Part shown: piece after piece, positions 1 to 9,260 of the stretch
Layout of the letters: each line of letters starts with the position of its first letter
Numbering within the stretch: position 1 is the stretch's first letter
Assembly: GCA_965249575.1 (NCBI GenBank)
Contig: OZ252244.1
Coordinates: 2,816,001-2,880,000, forward strand
Length of the DNA stretch: 64,000 nucleotides
Source: Gemmatimonadales bacterium
GTDB taxonomy: Bacteria > Gemmatimonadota > Gemmatimonadetes > Gemmatimonadales > GWC2-71-9
Reading direction: 5' to 3'
Made by a program: the position numbers and the translations under genes
Notes under the pieces: generated by a model
What the model saw: only the letters and a program-made list of their open reading frames with translations
Databases searched by the model: none
Told to the model about the DNA's origin: nothing

Positions 1-1261
1 CAGCACCGGGCAGATCGAATCGCAGGTGCCCCCGCCCTCCTCGCTGCGTGATGAGCCCTCGCTCGAGGACGTTCTGAAGCTCCCGCACGTTTCCCGGCCA
101 ATCGTATTCCTGTAGTGGTCGCATTTCCGCCGTCGTGAGGTGGGGCACCGGGAGGTTGAGCTTGCGTGCGGTCTGCTCGAGGTAGTGCGTCACGAGGCGT
201 GGAATGTCCTCCGTCCGGTGACGAAGTGGGGCGACCTCGATGGGAAAGACGTTGAGCCGGTAATACAGGTCCTGGCGAAACCGGCCGGCCTCGACCTCGG
301 CGCGCAAGTCCCGGTTGGTGGCGGCGGTGATTCGCACGTCGACGGTTCGCGTCTTGTCCTCCCCGACGCGCTCGAATTTACCCTCCTGAATCACGCGGAG
401 GAGCTTGCTCTGCATCTCGAGCGGGATCTCTCCCACCTCGTCGAGAAACAACGTGCCGCCGTCCGCGAGTTGGAAGCGACCGATCCGATCCCGCACCGCC
501 CCGGTGAACGCACCGCGAACGTGGCCGAAGAACTCGCTCTCGAACAGCTCCCTCGGAATCGACGCACAGTTCACCTTGATCAGCGATTTGTCCTTTCTCC
601 GACCCAGCGCGTGCACGGCCCGCGCTACGAGTTCCTTGCCGGTTCCCGTTTCCCCCGTGATGACGACGTCGGCTTCGGTGGGCGCGACGGTTTCGACGGC
701 CGCCAGGACGTTTTGGATGGCAGTCGACTGACCCACGATCTCTGTGAAGTTGTGCTGAGCCTCGAGCTCTTCCTGGAGGTAGACATTCTCGGCTTGGAGC
801 CGGTCCTTCAGCACCTCGATCTCGTCTAGCGCCAGACGGAGCTCATCCTCCGTCTTCTTGAGTTCCGTGATCTCTTGGCCATACGCCAGAACGTGGGTGA
901 CGGTGCCGTCGCCACCGAGGACGGGACTGAACGTGCGCACGTAGTTCCGACGCCGCCCCTGCTTGTCCGTCCACACCTCCTCGAACGTGACGGCTTCCTT
1001 GCCGCTGACGCACTGCTCGATGACCGCTTGCCGTCTGTCCGCGATGGCCATCGGATATCGCCGCTTGCGACAGTAGTCATGGTGGGTCTTGCCCAGGACC
1101 CACTCTCGCATCTCAGGATCAGGGATCCCCGACGGTGTGTTGAACAGGAACCGGCCCTCCGGATCGAACACGCCGATCTCGGCCGGGATGTGGTTGAACA
1201 GGCGCCGGTACTGCTCGAGCTCGGTGATCAGGTCCGAGGTCAGCGTTTCGCCAGGTCGCAT
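1..1261 (-). CDS. PAS-domain sigma-54-dependent transcriptional activator (bEBP), 3' end runs off window
   Basis: Not in the ORF track; translated manually from ATG at 1261 ([11 protein letters not shown]...). Walker [68 protein letters not shown]-terminal PAS-like region and coiled coil. Confidence 0.93.
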   Translation of the reverse strand, partial: MRPGETLTSDLITELEQYRRLFNHIPAEIGVFDPEGRFLFNTPSGIPDPEMREWVLGKTHHDYCRKRRYPMAIADRRQAVIEQCVSGKEAVTFEEVWTDKQGRRRNYVRTFSPVLGGDGTVTHVLAYGQEITELKKTEDELRLALDEIEVLKDRLQAENVYLQEELEAQHNFTEIVGQSTAIQNVLAAVETVAPTEADVVITGETGTGKELVARAVHALGRRKDKSLIKVNCASIPRELFESEFFGHVRGAFTGAVRDRIGRFQLADGGTLFLDEVGEIPLEMQSKLLRVIQEGKFERVGEDKTRTVDVRITAATNRDLRAEVEAGRFRQDLYYRLNVFPIEVAPLRHRTEDIPRLVTHYLEQTARKLNLPVPHLTTAEMRPLQEYDWPGNVRELQNVLERGLITQRGGRGHLRFDLPGA

Positions 1262-1307
1262 GAGTCAGCGTCTCCGCTCCGCAGCAGTCTATCTCAGAGC
1301 CAAGAAA

Positions 1308-1359
1308 ACGAAATTTCGTCAATTGTGTAATGAGAGTTCGTTGCCAACGAAATATCGTT
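1308..1359. promoter_or_regulatory. Putative upstream activator sites for the bEBP (two related palindromes)
   Basis: Perfect palindrome ACGAAATTTCGT (1308-1319) and near-palindrome AACGAAATATCGTT (1346-1359) in an AT-rich spacer upstream of a sigma-54 promoter. Confidence 0.6.
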
Positions 1360-1414
1360 TGTGTTTGTATTTCGTAAATAACTATGCCACAACGATTTAC
1401 GGTGCTATGAAGAT

Positions 1415-1430
1415 TGGCCTGTCGGTTGCT
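1415..1430 (+). promoter_or_regulatory. sigma-54 (-24/-12) promoter
   Basis: TGGCCT-GTCGG-TTGCT matches TGGCAC-N5-TTGC with exact spacing; divergent from a bEBP; upstream of RBS AAGGAG and ATG 1492. Confidence 0.75.
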
Positions 1431-1491
1431 CTTATCTCAAACCAGCTGAGCCACTAGAGGCTCTCAACGCCAACCGAAAAAGGAGAGAACA

Positions 1492-1860
1492 ATGCCGAGT
1501 ACACAGACCCTCAAAGCGGGTACCGAGCAAGGCGCACTCGCCAGGGCGACCATGAAGGCCGCCGTCATTCGGGAGTTCGGAGACGTCGACGTGCTCCAAT
1601 ACGACGACGTGCCGACCCCACAGCCCAAGCCCGGTCACCTGTTGATCAAGGTGCTGGCGGCTGGGGTGAACCGTTTGGACGACTACATCCGGGCGGGGTC
1701 GATCGCCCCCGAGCTGCCCTTTCCACACATCCTAGGTGCGGACGCAGCCGGCGAGGTCGCGGCAATCGGTGAAGGTGTTATCGGTTTTGAAATCGGTGAG
1801 CGCGTGGTCCCTGCGCCGGGGTTCGCCGTTGACGATGCGGAGGCCACCATACGTCCCACC
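1492..1860 (+). pseudogene. Truncated MDR-family (Zn-ADH/quinone oxidoreductase-like) gene, N-terminal GroES-like domain only
   Basis: MKAAVIREFGDVDVLQYDDVPTPQPKPGHLLIKVLAAGVNRLD...PHILGADAAGEVAAIGEGV...GERVV; resemblance ends near 1860, no Rossmann domain; ORF runs on to a stop at 2001. Confidence 0.8.
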
Positions 1861-1941
1861 GGGCGGGTCCGGCCGGGTCCCAGGCCAACACATCGACTCG
1901 TCGCTTCAGCAAGAGCCGCATCGTGCACCGCCGAGCATCAT

Positions 1942-1993
1942 AGAGTGCGCAAGAGTGCGCAAGAGTGCGCAAGAGTGCACGTAACATTACGTG
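1942..1993. repeat. 10-bp tandem repeat (AGAGTGCGCA, about 4 copies) followed by an inverted repeat
   Basis: Copies at 1942, 1952, 1962 and a partial copy at 1972; CACGTAA-CA-TTACGTG at 1978-1993. Confidence 0.9.
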
Positions 1994-2069
1994 TACCGTG
2001 AAGTGCCAAAAACGCAATAGGGGTGAGAGGTTACCGTAGTCTAGTGGTAGGTGGTGTAGCGCAGAGAAT

Positions 2070-2190
2070 CTGAATGGGGTTCAGGGGGTCGCGGGTTCAA
2101 ATCCCGCCGTGACCACGGGCTCTGCGCTCGCTCCCGGTCGGCGGCTTCGCCGCCTCGCGGTCGCACCGCGTCAAATCCCGCCGTCCCGAC
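2070..2190 (+). mobile_element. att-type scar: 3' fragment of tRNA-Pro(GGG) plus a second shorter 3' copy
   Basis: CTGA-ATGGGGT-TCAG anticodon arm and GCGGG-TTCAAAT-CCCGC T-arm (2070-2110) with no D-arm or pairing acceptor 5' strand; TCAAATCCCGCCGT repeated at 2171 and continuing CCCGAC; adjacent to an integrase. Confidence 0.8.
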
Positions 2191-2237
2191 TTCCGAAGTG
2201 CCGAGGGAGCAAGGCGTTTGCTCCATCGGCGTTTTTG

Positions 2238-3145
2238 CTACCCGGCGTGGGGTTGCCGTTCGGGTTGCTGTTTCTCCGGGTCCACGCCCGCGTCGTGCAG
2301 TGGGCGTCGGCTTTCCATCACGGTCCGGAGCGTGTCGTGGTCCGGGTATTGGTAACACTCGAGCAGCGTAGCCACATCCTTCCACCCGCCAGCAGCCGCG
2401 ACATCCTTGAGCGGAAGGTGCTTGCGTTCGGTGGCCCACTTGCGCCGGTACGGGTGCCACCGTCCACCCTCAAGCTTTGGCAATTCCGCCGTCCGCTCCG
2501 CGACGGCGAGCCACTTGTCGAACAGGTGCCGGTCCATCGGGGCCTCCCCGTCGGATTCCCGGGCGAAGACCCATCCGGCGATCGTGCCGAGGCGTGTTCG
2601 AAAGTGACGGACCTCGTGAGCAACCGGGACGGAAGCGGGACCACACTCTCGCGCCGCTTCTTGTCCGCCTCGGCCCGCCACCGAATGGTGGCACGCTCGA
2701 CATCGATGTCCTCCCACCGGAGCTGCCGAATCGCATTCAACCGTCGGCCCGTTCCCTCCGCGAGCACGAGGGCCAACTCCACCTTCATCCAGCGGTGCCG
2801 CTCGACCGCGGTGCGAGTCGTCTCCGCCAACTGCTGCATGGCGTCGCGAGTCTTAGCGAACCGCTCGCAGGTCGCGATCGGTCGCCTCGGGTTGGGCTCC
2901 CGTGGTCGGCGAATGCCTGCCAACGGGTTCTCCTGGAGCCACCGTGTACCGTTCGGCTCGCGCACGGTCGTTGCCCACCGGAGCATCGTGTTGAGCGTCA
3001 CGAGATCGGCGGCGACGGTCTGTGCCCGTACCGGCTTGGTGATCCCGCCCGAGCGACGCTGGATACCACCGGCCCGCCGCGCTGCTTCGTACCGTCGGAC
3101 ATCGTGTTCGGTGAGCGTCGCGACCTCGCAGTCCTCACCAGAGTG
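2238..3145 (-). pseudogene. Tyrosine recombinase/integrase, 5'-truncated and frameshifted near 2620
   Basis: Frame 1: ...LALVLAEGTGRRLNAIRQLRWEDID...DKKRRESVVPL; frame 2: ...WHPYRRKWATE...AAAGGWKD...LECY (R, K, HxxR, W, Y catalytic pattern). Confidence 0.85.
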
Positions 3146-3292
3146 GATGACTGGTGGCATCGCCGCCCGTCTCCAGGCTTGAAAACGTCACAAGAGTTCA
3201 GAAAAAGGCGAGAAGCCGAATCCGGCTCCAAGACTGTGAGCGCCGGGCGCGAGCCGGTCGTCACGTTGGGACGCCGAACCGGCGGGCCACCG

Positions 3293-4813
3293 TCAGCTCA
3301 GTCCCAGGCGCTCGGCCAATCCGATCCGCTGCACCTTCCCAGTGGGTCCCTTCGGGATCTCCGCGAGGAACATGACCGTGCGCGGTACCTTGAAGTCCGT
3401 GAGGTGTTGGGCGGCGAAGTCATGGATCTCGCGCTCCGTTGCGGCGCCCGGTTCGGTGAGCACGACCGCGGCCGCCACCTCCTCGCCGAGCTTCGCGTGC
3501 GGCATTGCAAACGCCACGGCCTGCGCCACCGCCGGGTGCCGAAGCAGCACCTCGTCCACCTCGAGGGGACTGACCTTCTCACCACCGCGGTTGATGATCT
3601 CCTTGAGGCGCCCAGTCAGGAACAGGTAACCCTCGTCGTCGAGGTATCCCTGATCACCTGTGCGGAACCATCCGTCGCTGAATGCCCCGGCGGTAGCGTC
3701 GGGGTTGTTCTCGTACTCGGTGATCACCGTCGGGCCCCTGATTGCTACCTCGCCCCGCTTTCTGGCGCCCAACAGCCGGCCGTCATCAGCCATGATCGCG
3801 ACGTCGATGCCCGTCCCGCGGCCGACCGAGCCGGGCTTCCGAACACCTGGGGGGAGTGGATTGCTGGCCATTTGATGGGAGGCTTCGGTCATCCCATATG
3901 CCTCGATCATCGGCACCCCGAACACGCGGTCCACTTCCTCGAGGACAACGGTCGGGAGCGATGCGGACGACGATCGGACGAAACGGAGGCGTGACCGGGC
4001 GATCACCTCCTGGTATCTGAAAGCCCGGGATAGAACTATCTGGTGCATGGTTGGAACGGCCGTGAACCACGTGGGCGCTAGCTCGTCGAGCCAGTCGAAG
4101 AACTTGAATGCGTCGAATCCTGGCGTGCAGGCCACCGAGCCCCCGGCTCCGAGCGAAGCCAAGAGTGCCCCGACCAGCCCGTGAATGTGAAAAAGCGGCA
4201 TCACGTTCAGGCAGCGATCTTCTGCGGTCAGCCCCAGGCCAGTCCCGATGTTTCGTGCGGACACCGTCAAATTGCGCTGGCGGAGGGGCACGATCTTGGG
4301 CCGTGAGGTCGTGCCGGACGTGTGCAGTACCAGTGCGACCTCGTCCGGCTGCGCCCAGTCGACCGCGGTGCCCTCGGGAGCCCGTGCCGCCCCCGTCCCC
4401 GTCCCCGCCCCCGAAAAGTCGAGCTTGGGCGCCGTCCCTTCCAGCGACACCCGTAACGTCTCCGGGGCGGCCGCCGCCTCGGCCGCCTCGGCTTCTCCGG
4501 GCAGCGTGACCAGGGCCTTGGCGCACAAGTCCCGCAAGTAGAACCGCAGCTCGTCCTCACGGTATCTCGGGTTGAGCGGCGCTGCGGTCGCGCAGCTCGC
4601 GACGGCCAGGGAAGCGGTCGCCATCGCCTCGCCGTTGGGGAGGACGATTGCCACGCGGTCTTCGCGGCGCACCCCCAAGGCACGAAGCTGCCCGCCCATG
4701 CGTTCGATGGTCGCTCGGAGCTGAGAATAAGTTGTGGGCGCCATCCCCCCGGGTGAGAGCAGTGCGGGAGAGTCGGGGTCGCCGGTTGACAGTAGATCGA
4801 GAATGGTTGTCAT
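3293..4813 (-). CDS. Acyl-CoA synthetase, oxalate-CoA ligase-like (AAE3/Pcs60/Oxs type)
   Basis: LHTSGTTSRPKIVPL, MPLFHIHGL, TAVPTMHQ, RSSSASL, EAYGMTEASHQMASNPLPP-KPGSVG, PKGPTGKVQR. Confidence 0.85.
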   Translation of the reverse strand: MTTILDLLSTGDPDSPALLSPGGMAPTTYSQLRATIERMGGQLRALGVRREDRVAIVLPNGEAMATASLAVASCATAAPLNPRYREDELRFYLRDLCAKALVTLPGEAEAAEAAAAPETLRVSLEGTAPKLDFSGAGTGTGAARAPEGTAVDWAQPDEVALVLHTSGTTSRPKIVPLRQRNLTVSARNIGTGLGLTAEDRCLNVMPLFHIHGLVGALLASLGAGGSVACTPGFDAFKFFDWLDELAPTWFTAVPTMHQIVLSRAFRYQEVIARSRLRFVRSSSASLPTVVLEEVDRVFGVPMIEAYGMTEASHQMASNPLPPGVRKPGSVGRGTGIDVAIMADDGRLLGARKRGEVAIRGPTVITEYENNPDATAGAFSDGWFRTGDQGYLDDEGYLFLTGRLKEIINRGGEKVSPLEVDEVLLRHPAVAQAVAFAMPHAKLGEEVAAAVVLTEPGAATEREIHDFAAQHLTDFKVPRTVMFLAEIPKGPTGKVQRIGLAERLGLS

Positions 4814-4994
4814 GAGATCAGGTCGATAGGCCGTCCGGTTGACGCTTCACCTGTGTGCGGGGAAAGCTCGGGCGGGAATATACCGTTCGCGTCGGGGGCT
4901 GCTACGGGGGGTGTCGCCCTGCGGTGGCGACTGCGCACGGCCGGGGTTTACTTCGACGCACTGACTGCAACCCGAACGACGTGGAGTCTTAGCC

Positions 4995-6020
4995 ATGCGC
5001 GTTTGCGTCGTTGGTGCCGGTGCCATCGGCGGGTTCATGGGAGTCAAGCTGGCGCTCGCGGGCTCGGAGATGACGCTCATCGCCAGGGGCCCCCATCTGG
5101 CCGCCATCGAGCGAAACGGTCTCAAGCTGGTTCTCGCGGATGGCACGGAGCAGGTAGCGTCCGGCCTCCGGGCGACAAGCGACCTCGAGGCGGCGGGCCC
5201 GCACGACGCCGTCATCCTCGCGCTCAAGGCCCATCAAATCGAGGCCGTGGCCCCGCGGCTGCCCGCCCTGTTTGCCGATGGGGCGGTCGTCGTCACTGTC
5301 CAGAACGGCATACCTTGGTGGTACTTCCAGAGACACGGCGGCCCGCTGGACGGCCGGCGGCTTGAGTCGCTGGATCCCAGGGGGGTGATCGAGGCCGCCA
5401 TCCCCGCCGAGCGGATCATCGGATCCATCGCTTACCCGGCCGCCGAGAAGACCGAGCCCGGCGTGATTCAGCACGTGGAGGGAAATCGTTTTCCCCTGGG
5501 TGAATTGGACGGAGGCAAAACCGAGCGCGTCGAGATGCTGGCGCGACTGTTCACCGACGCGGGTCTCAAGTCGAAGGTTCTGACCGACATTCGATCCCAC
5601 CTTTGGGTCAAGGCGTCGGGAAACCTCGCATTCAATCCGATCAGCGCCCTTACGCGCGCCACACTGGTCGACATCTGTCGCTTTCCCGAGACGCGGGCGT
5701 TGTCCACCGCGATGATGCGGGAAGCGATGGAGATCGCCGAGAAGTTGGGCGTCACTTTCCGGCACACGATCGAGCAGCGAATCGGCGGCGCCGAAAAGGT
5801 CGGAGAGCACAAGACCTCGATGCTCCAGGACCTCGAGGCCGGGCGGACCCTGGAGCTGGACGCCCTGGTTGGCGTGGTCGCTGAGCTGGGTCGTCTCACC
5901 GGCACGGCCACGCCGTCGATCGACGCGACATATGCCTGCGTCAAGCTCCTGGAGCGAACGCAGGGGCTCCCGCCTCCACAAGCGGGTGATGGGCTCAGGC
6001 GCCGAAGAGCGGGAGGTTGA
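4995..6020 (+). CDS. panE: Ketopantoate reductase family protein (PanE2/oxalyl-CoA reductase-like)
   Basis: GAGAIGG, ARGPHL, LKAHQ, VQNGIPWWYF, GNLAFNPISALT, HKTSMLQDLEAGR-LELDAL. Confidence 0.85.
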   Translation: MRVCVVGAGAIGGFMGVKLALAGSEMTLIARGPHLAAIERNGLKLVLADGTEQVASGLRATSDLEAAGPHDAVILALKAHQIEAVAPRLPALFADGAVVVTVQNGIPWWYFQRHGGPLDGRRLESLDPRGVIEAAIPAERIIGSIAYPAAEKTEPGVIQHVEGNRFPLGELDGGKTERVEMLARLFTDAGLKSKVLTDIRSHLWVKASGNLAFNPISALTRATLVDICRFPETRALSTAMMREAMEIAEKLGVTFRHTIEQRIGGAEKVGEHKTSMLQDLEAGRTLELDALVGVVAELGRLTGTATPSIDATYACVKLLERTQGLPPPQAGDGLRRRRAGG

Positions 6021-7491
6021 AGACCCGTGCCAGGATCAACACGACGGTCAATCCGGTGAACACCACGAGACTTCCCCACCCGAACCAGGCACCGGCCCGG
6101 GATGGATAGAACGCTTTGTCGCTCTTCGGGATGACAGTCAGGCAGTAGTAGAGATTCAAGAAGAAGATGACCGGCGCAATGAAGAACGCCAGAGCGGACG
6201 CGAGGAGAACCAGGAAGACCGGCCTCGGCAGGCCCGCCGTGATGGCCACCGCCGCCACCAACGAATAGAGCATCGTGATCCGATAAATGTTGTACTCGGA
6301 GCACCACGTGCGGCGCTGCTCGCGGGTGAGGTCGTGCTTGTCAGTCCCTTGGAGCGACGCGGTGCTGCGGAAGAGGTTCCGACAACACGCACCGACGATC
6401 CGCGGCCAGCCGTCGAAGTAGTTGAATGCCGTCGAGAACGTGGCGGCGAAGGCTCCTGCCAGGAACACGAACATCATCCACGGCCCGACGCTCTCCGTGA
6501 AGATGCGGCCGATCTCACCCATGACCGCCCGCCCCTCTACTGGGCTCGGATAGAGCCACACCGCGGCCAGCAGGAGAAAGACGCACGCTAGCACGAACGA
6601 GACCACGTGCCCGACTCGAAAGTCCCAAAGAAAGATCGTGAACCATCGGCGGCAGTATTCCTGCACGTTGGCAGGCAGCCTGCTGGTATCCACCGCCAAG
6701 TCTTCCTTGACAGGCTTGAATGGGTCGAATGTGGGGGCGAGACCGGACTGTTCGAGATGAGGACGGACTCTGCCGAGGCCGACTTTCTTCGCTTTACCCC
6801 ACTCCGATCCTTGGAGTGACACGTCGATGCCGGTGGGAAGGAGGCCGAGGAATGCCGCGATGATGAGCCACGATCCAGCTGGGATGTCGATGAGAAAGAA
6901 GTTCTGAGCGGCCGACAGGGGAGCGGGCCGAACGAAGTATACGGCGGCGGTGGCCACGAAGAGGACGGCGGCCAGGATCTTGGTGGACCACTCCACCGTC
7001 TTGTAGCTCCCCGCTAACAGCAACGCAACCGAGACGATTCCGAGCACGAGAGCGTACACGGCGAGAGGGATCTCCCACCCCAGCCAGGCGGAGAACAGGT
7101 AGTACAGCACCGCGGCCGCGGCGATCAGTCTTCCCGCCTGGCCGACGGCGCACTGGAGGAGCGTCGTGACCAGCACGTACCACAGCGGCCACTTCCTCCA
7201 TGCGGTGCCGTAAGCCTCAACGAGGCTCTTGCCGGTGGCCTGGGTGAATCGAAACGCCGTCTCGAAACCGTAGTACTTGAAGATGTACGCAACTGGAATG
7301 CACCAGAGGAGCGCGTAGCCGAACCGGCCGCCGGCGGTGGGAGCCGTGACCAGGTGACTCGTGCCGATGCCGGTCATCATGAGAATGGTGCCCGGTCCGA
7401 AGTACCGGAGCACGGACCAGAGCCGCATGCTCGGCAGCTCGAGCCGGTCGAGGTCGGGCGAGAGGTCGGTCGGCTCCCGGACGTGGCTCAT
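5995..7491 (-). CDS. NRAMP-family transporter
   Basis: FGPGTILMMTGIGTSHLVTAPTAGGRFGYALLW, about 11 hydrophobic segments, AATFSTAF-YFDGWPR. Confidence 0.8.
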   Translation of the reverse strand: MSHVREPTDLSPDLDRLELPSMRLWSVLRYFGPGTILMMTGIGTSHLVTAPTAGGRFGYALLWCIPVAYIFKYYGFETAFRFTQATGKSLVEAYGTAWRKWPLWYVLVTTLLQCAVGQAGRLIAAAAVLYYLFSAWLGWEIPLAVYALVLGIVSVALLLAGSYKTVEWSTKILAAVLFVATAAVYFVRPAPLSAAQNFFLIDIPAGSWLIIAAFLGLLPTGIDVSLQGSEWGKAKKVGLGRVRPHLEQSGLAPTFDPFKPVKEDLAVDTSRLPANVQEYCRRWFTIFLWDFRVGHVVSFVLACVFLLLAAVWLYPSPVEGRAVMGEIGRIFTESVGPWMMFVFLAGAFAATFSTAFNYFDGWPRIVGACCRNLFRSTASLQGTDKHDLTREQRRTWCSEYNIYRITMLYSLVAAVAITAGLPRPVFLVLLASALAFFIAPVIFFLNLYYCLTVIPKSDKAFYPSRAGAWFGWGSLVVFTGLTVVLILARVFNLPLFGA

Positions 7492-7844
7492 CGATAGGTT
7501 CCTCCGCTCTGGTCTGCGGCCCGCCGCTTAGAACCGCTGGATGGGAAGGGAGCAACGTTCGCGCCGGTGACCTGCACTGGCAAGAGCGGCCCGAACTGCC
7601 TCCTTGTGTGACTGCCGCCGCTCGGGCGGGCACGTCTCTCATGCTGCGTGAAGGCGCAGCGGCTTATTCGAATCTCGAGACGCTCGACCACATCTTTACA
7701 CCTTCCCTAAAAATGCGGAAAGCGACAACCCCATGGCCAAGTGCCGGCCCAAACCCCTAATATGGGAGGAGCCTCACGGCCGTTTTCGAGCGGCGGTGCG
7801 GTTTTCGGAGTCATGGACACTCTGAGAAGAAGGAGGGTTTGAGC

Positions 7845-9260
7845 ATGAGCTCCGGGCGCCTCCTGACGGTGGTGGCCATCGTGGCTGGGGCCACAGTCGC
7901 CTCCGCGAGTCGAAGCTACGCCCAAGCTGCCGGTGTGCAGGGGAGCAGGCCGCCGGCCCAGCCTCCGCACAGGGCACCCCAGCCGCCCCGTCCTCCAGGA
8001 GAGCAGAGCAGCCGCAACATGACGGTGTTGTCCCATCTTCCGATGGGTGGATTCCTACGGCTCTCGGACATCGAGTTGGAGCAGGAGCTGTCGCGGCCGT
8101 ACGTCTACGTGTGTAAGCGATTCGTTCCCACCGGCCTCGACATCATCAGCATCAAGGATCCGACTCAGCCCAAGGTCATTTGGTCCTGGGTTATCGAGAA
8201 TGCGGAGCTGCACGAGGGTTCGGGGGCGCTGGACAACAAGTACGTGAAGCGTGCCGGTCGCTACTACGACGTGCAGTCGTTTCAGTTCTCGCCGGGCGGC
8301 CCCGATGCGGATCTCGGCGCGATTATCTGGGACGTGACCGGCCTGCCCGACCCCTCGTCGATCCGCGAGGTCATGCGAATTCGCGTGCCTGAGGCCCCCG
8401 GGGGATTTCACAACATCTTCGCGTACCAGCATTCGAACGGGCAGGCGCTCCTCTTTGCCACGACACAGTCGGAACACGCATACGTCTACGACATCGATCG
8501 GGCAATCAGTGGCGACCCGGAGCAAGGGTTGATCGCCAAGATTCCCGTGCCGCAGACACCAACGAATAACGTGCGCGGCTGGCACGATTTCTATGCGGGG
8601 TACGATCCCCTGACGAGGCGGGACCGCCTGTTCGGTGCGGCGCACGGTGGGTACTACGTCATGGACATCAGCAACCTCGGGGCGCCGCAGCTGCTCGCAT
8701 CGGTTACGGGCGTCGCCGGCGTGAATCGGGGCCACACCTTCACGCCGACGCCCGACGGTCGATTTGCGTTCGGCATGACGGAACCCCACTACCAGTACTC
8801 TGTGGTCAGGTTCTTCGACCTCAAGCCCGCACTCGATGGCGACGTGAAGAACATATCTCGGCCGATCAGCGCCTGGACGGCCAACTGGCGGAACGTCTCG
8901 CACAACCATGAGGTCCGCTGGCCGTACGCCTTCATCGCCGCGTTCGAAGACGGCCTGCAAGTGATCAACATCATGGATCCGGCGAATCCGTATACAGTGG
9001 CGTACTACGATACGTGGGACGGCCCGCACGAGGCCCGCGCCCAGGGCAATCCCAGCATGGGTCCCTGGGGCGTCGACGTGCGGAACGCCGACGGCTTGAT
9101 CGTCGTGAGCGATATCGGCACCGGTCTTTGGACCTTCCGAATGAACGGGTTTGACGGATGGAACGGCAACCAGTGGGGTATGCCCAACCAGTCGAGCGTG
9201 CAAGATTGGGACAACGGACCCGACGGCGCGCCCACGTCGGCTCGCGTGAGTGCGAGATGA
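7845..9260 (+). CDS. Exported His-rich beta-propeller protein (LVIVD/choice-of-anchor-B-like), paralogue 1
   Basis: Signal peptide; repeated blade-like motifs (GLDIISIKDPTQP, YYVMDISNL, GLQVINIMDPANP); closely similar to 39963-41336. Confidence 0.7.
   Translation: MSSGRLLTVVAIVAGATVASASRSYAQAAGVQGSRPPAQPPHRAPQPPRPPGEQSSRNMTVLSHLPMGGFLRLSDIELEQELSRPYVYVCKRFVPTGLDIISIKDPTQPKVIWSWVIENAELHEGSGALDNKYVKRAGRYYDVQSFQFSPGGPDADLGAIIWDVTGLPDPSSIREVMRIRVPEAPGGFHNIFAYQHSNGQALLFATTQSEHAYVYDIDRAISGDPEQGLIAKIPVPQTPTNNVRGWHDFYAGYDPLTRRDRLFGAAHGGYYVMDISNLGAPQLLASVTGVAGVNRGHTFTPTPDGRFAFGMTEPHYQYSVVRFFDLKPALDGDVKNISRPISAWTANWRNVSHNHEVRWPYAFIAAFEDGLQVINIMDPANPYTVAYYDTWDGPHEARAQGNPSMGPWGVDVRNADGLIVVSDIGTGLWTFRMNGFDGWNGNQWGMPNQSSVQDWDNGPDGAPTSARVSAR

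Noticed and set aside
2050..2120. Intact tRNA-Pro gene
   Set aside because: Anticodon and T arms are present, but there is no proper D-arm and the 5' sequence cannot pair as an acceptor stem; treated as an att remnant
7500..7690. Riboswitch (glycine or metal) upstream of the NRAMP gene
   Set aside because: Minus strand has GAGAGAC...GTC..AAGGAG, faintly glycine-like, but the CTCTCAGG core is absent and no yybP or NiCo signature was seen; needs an Rfam scan
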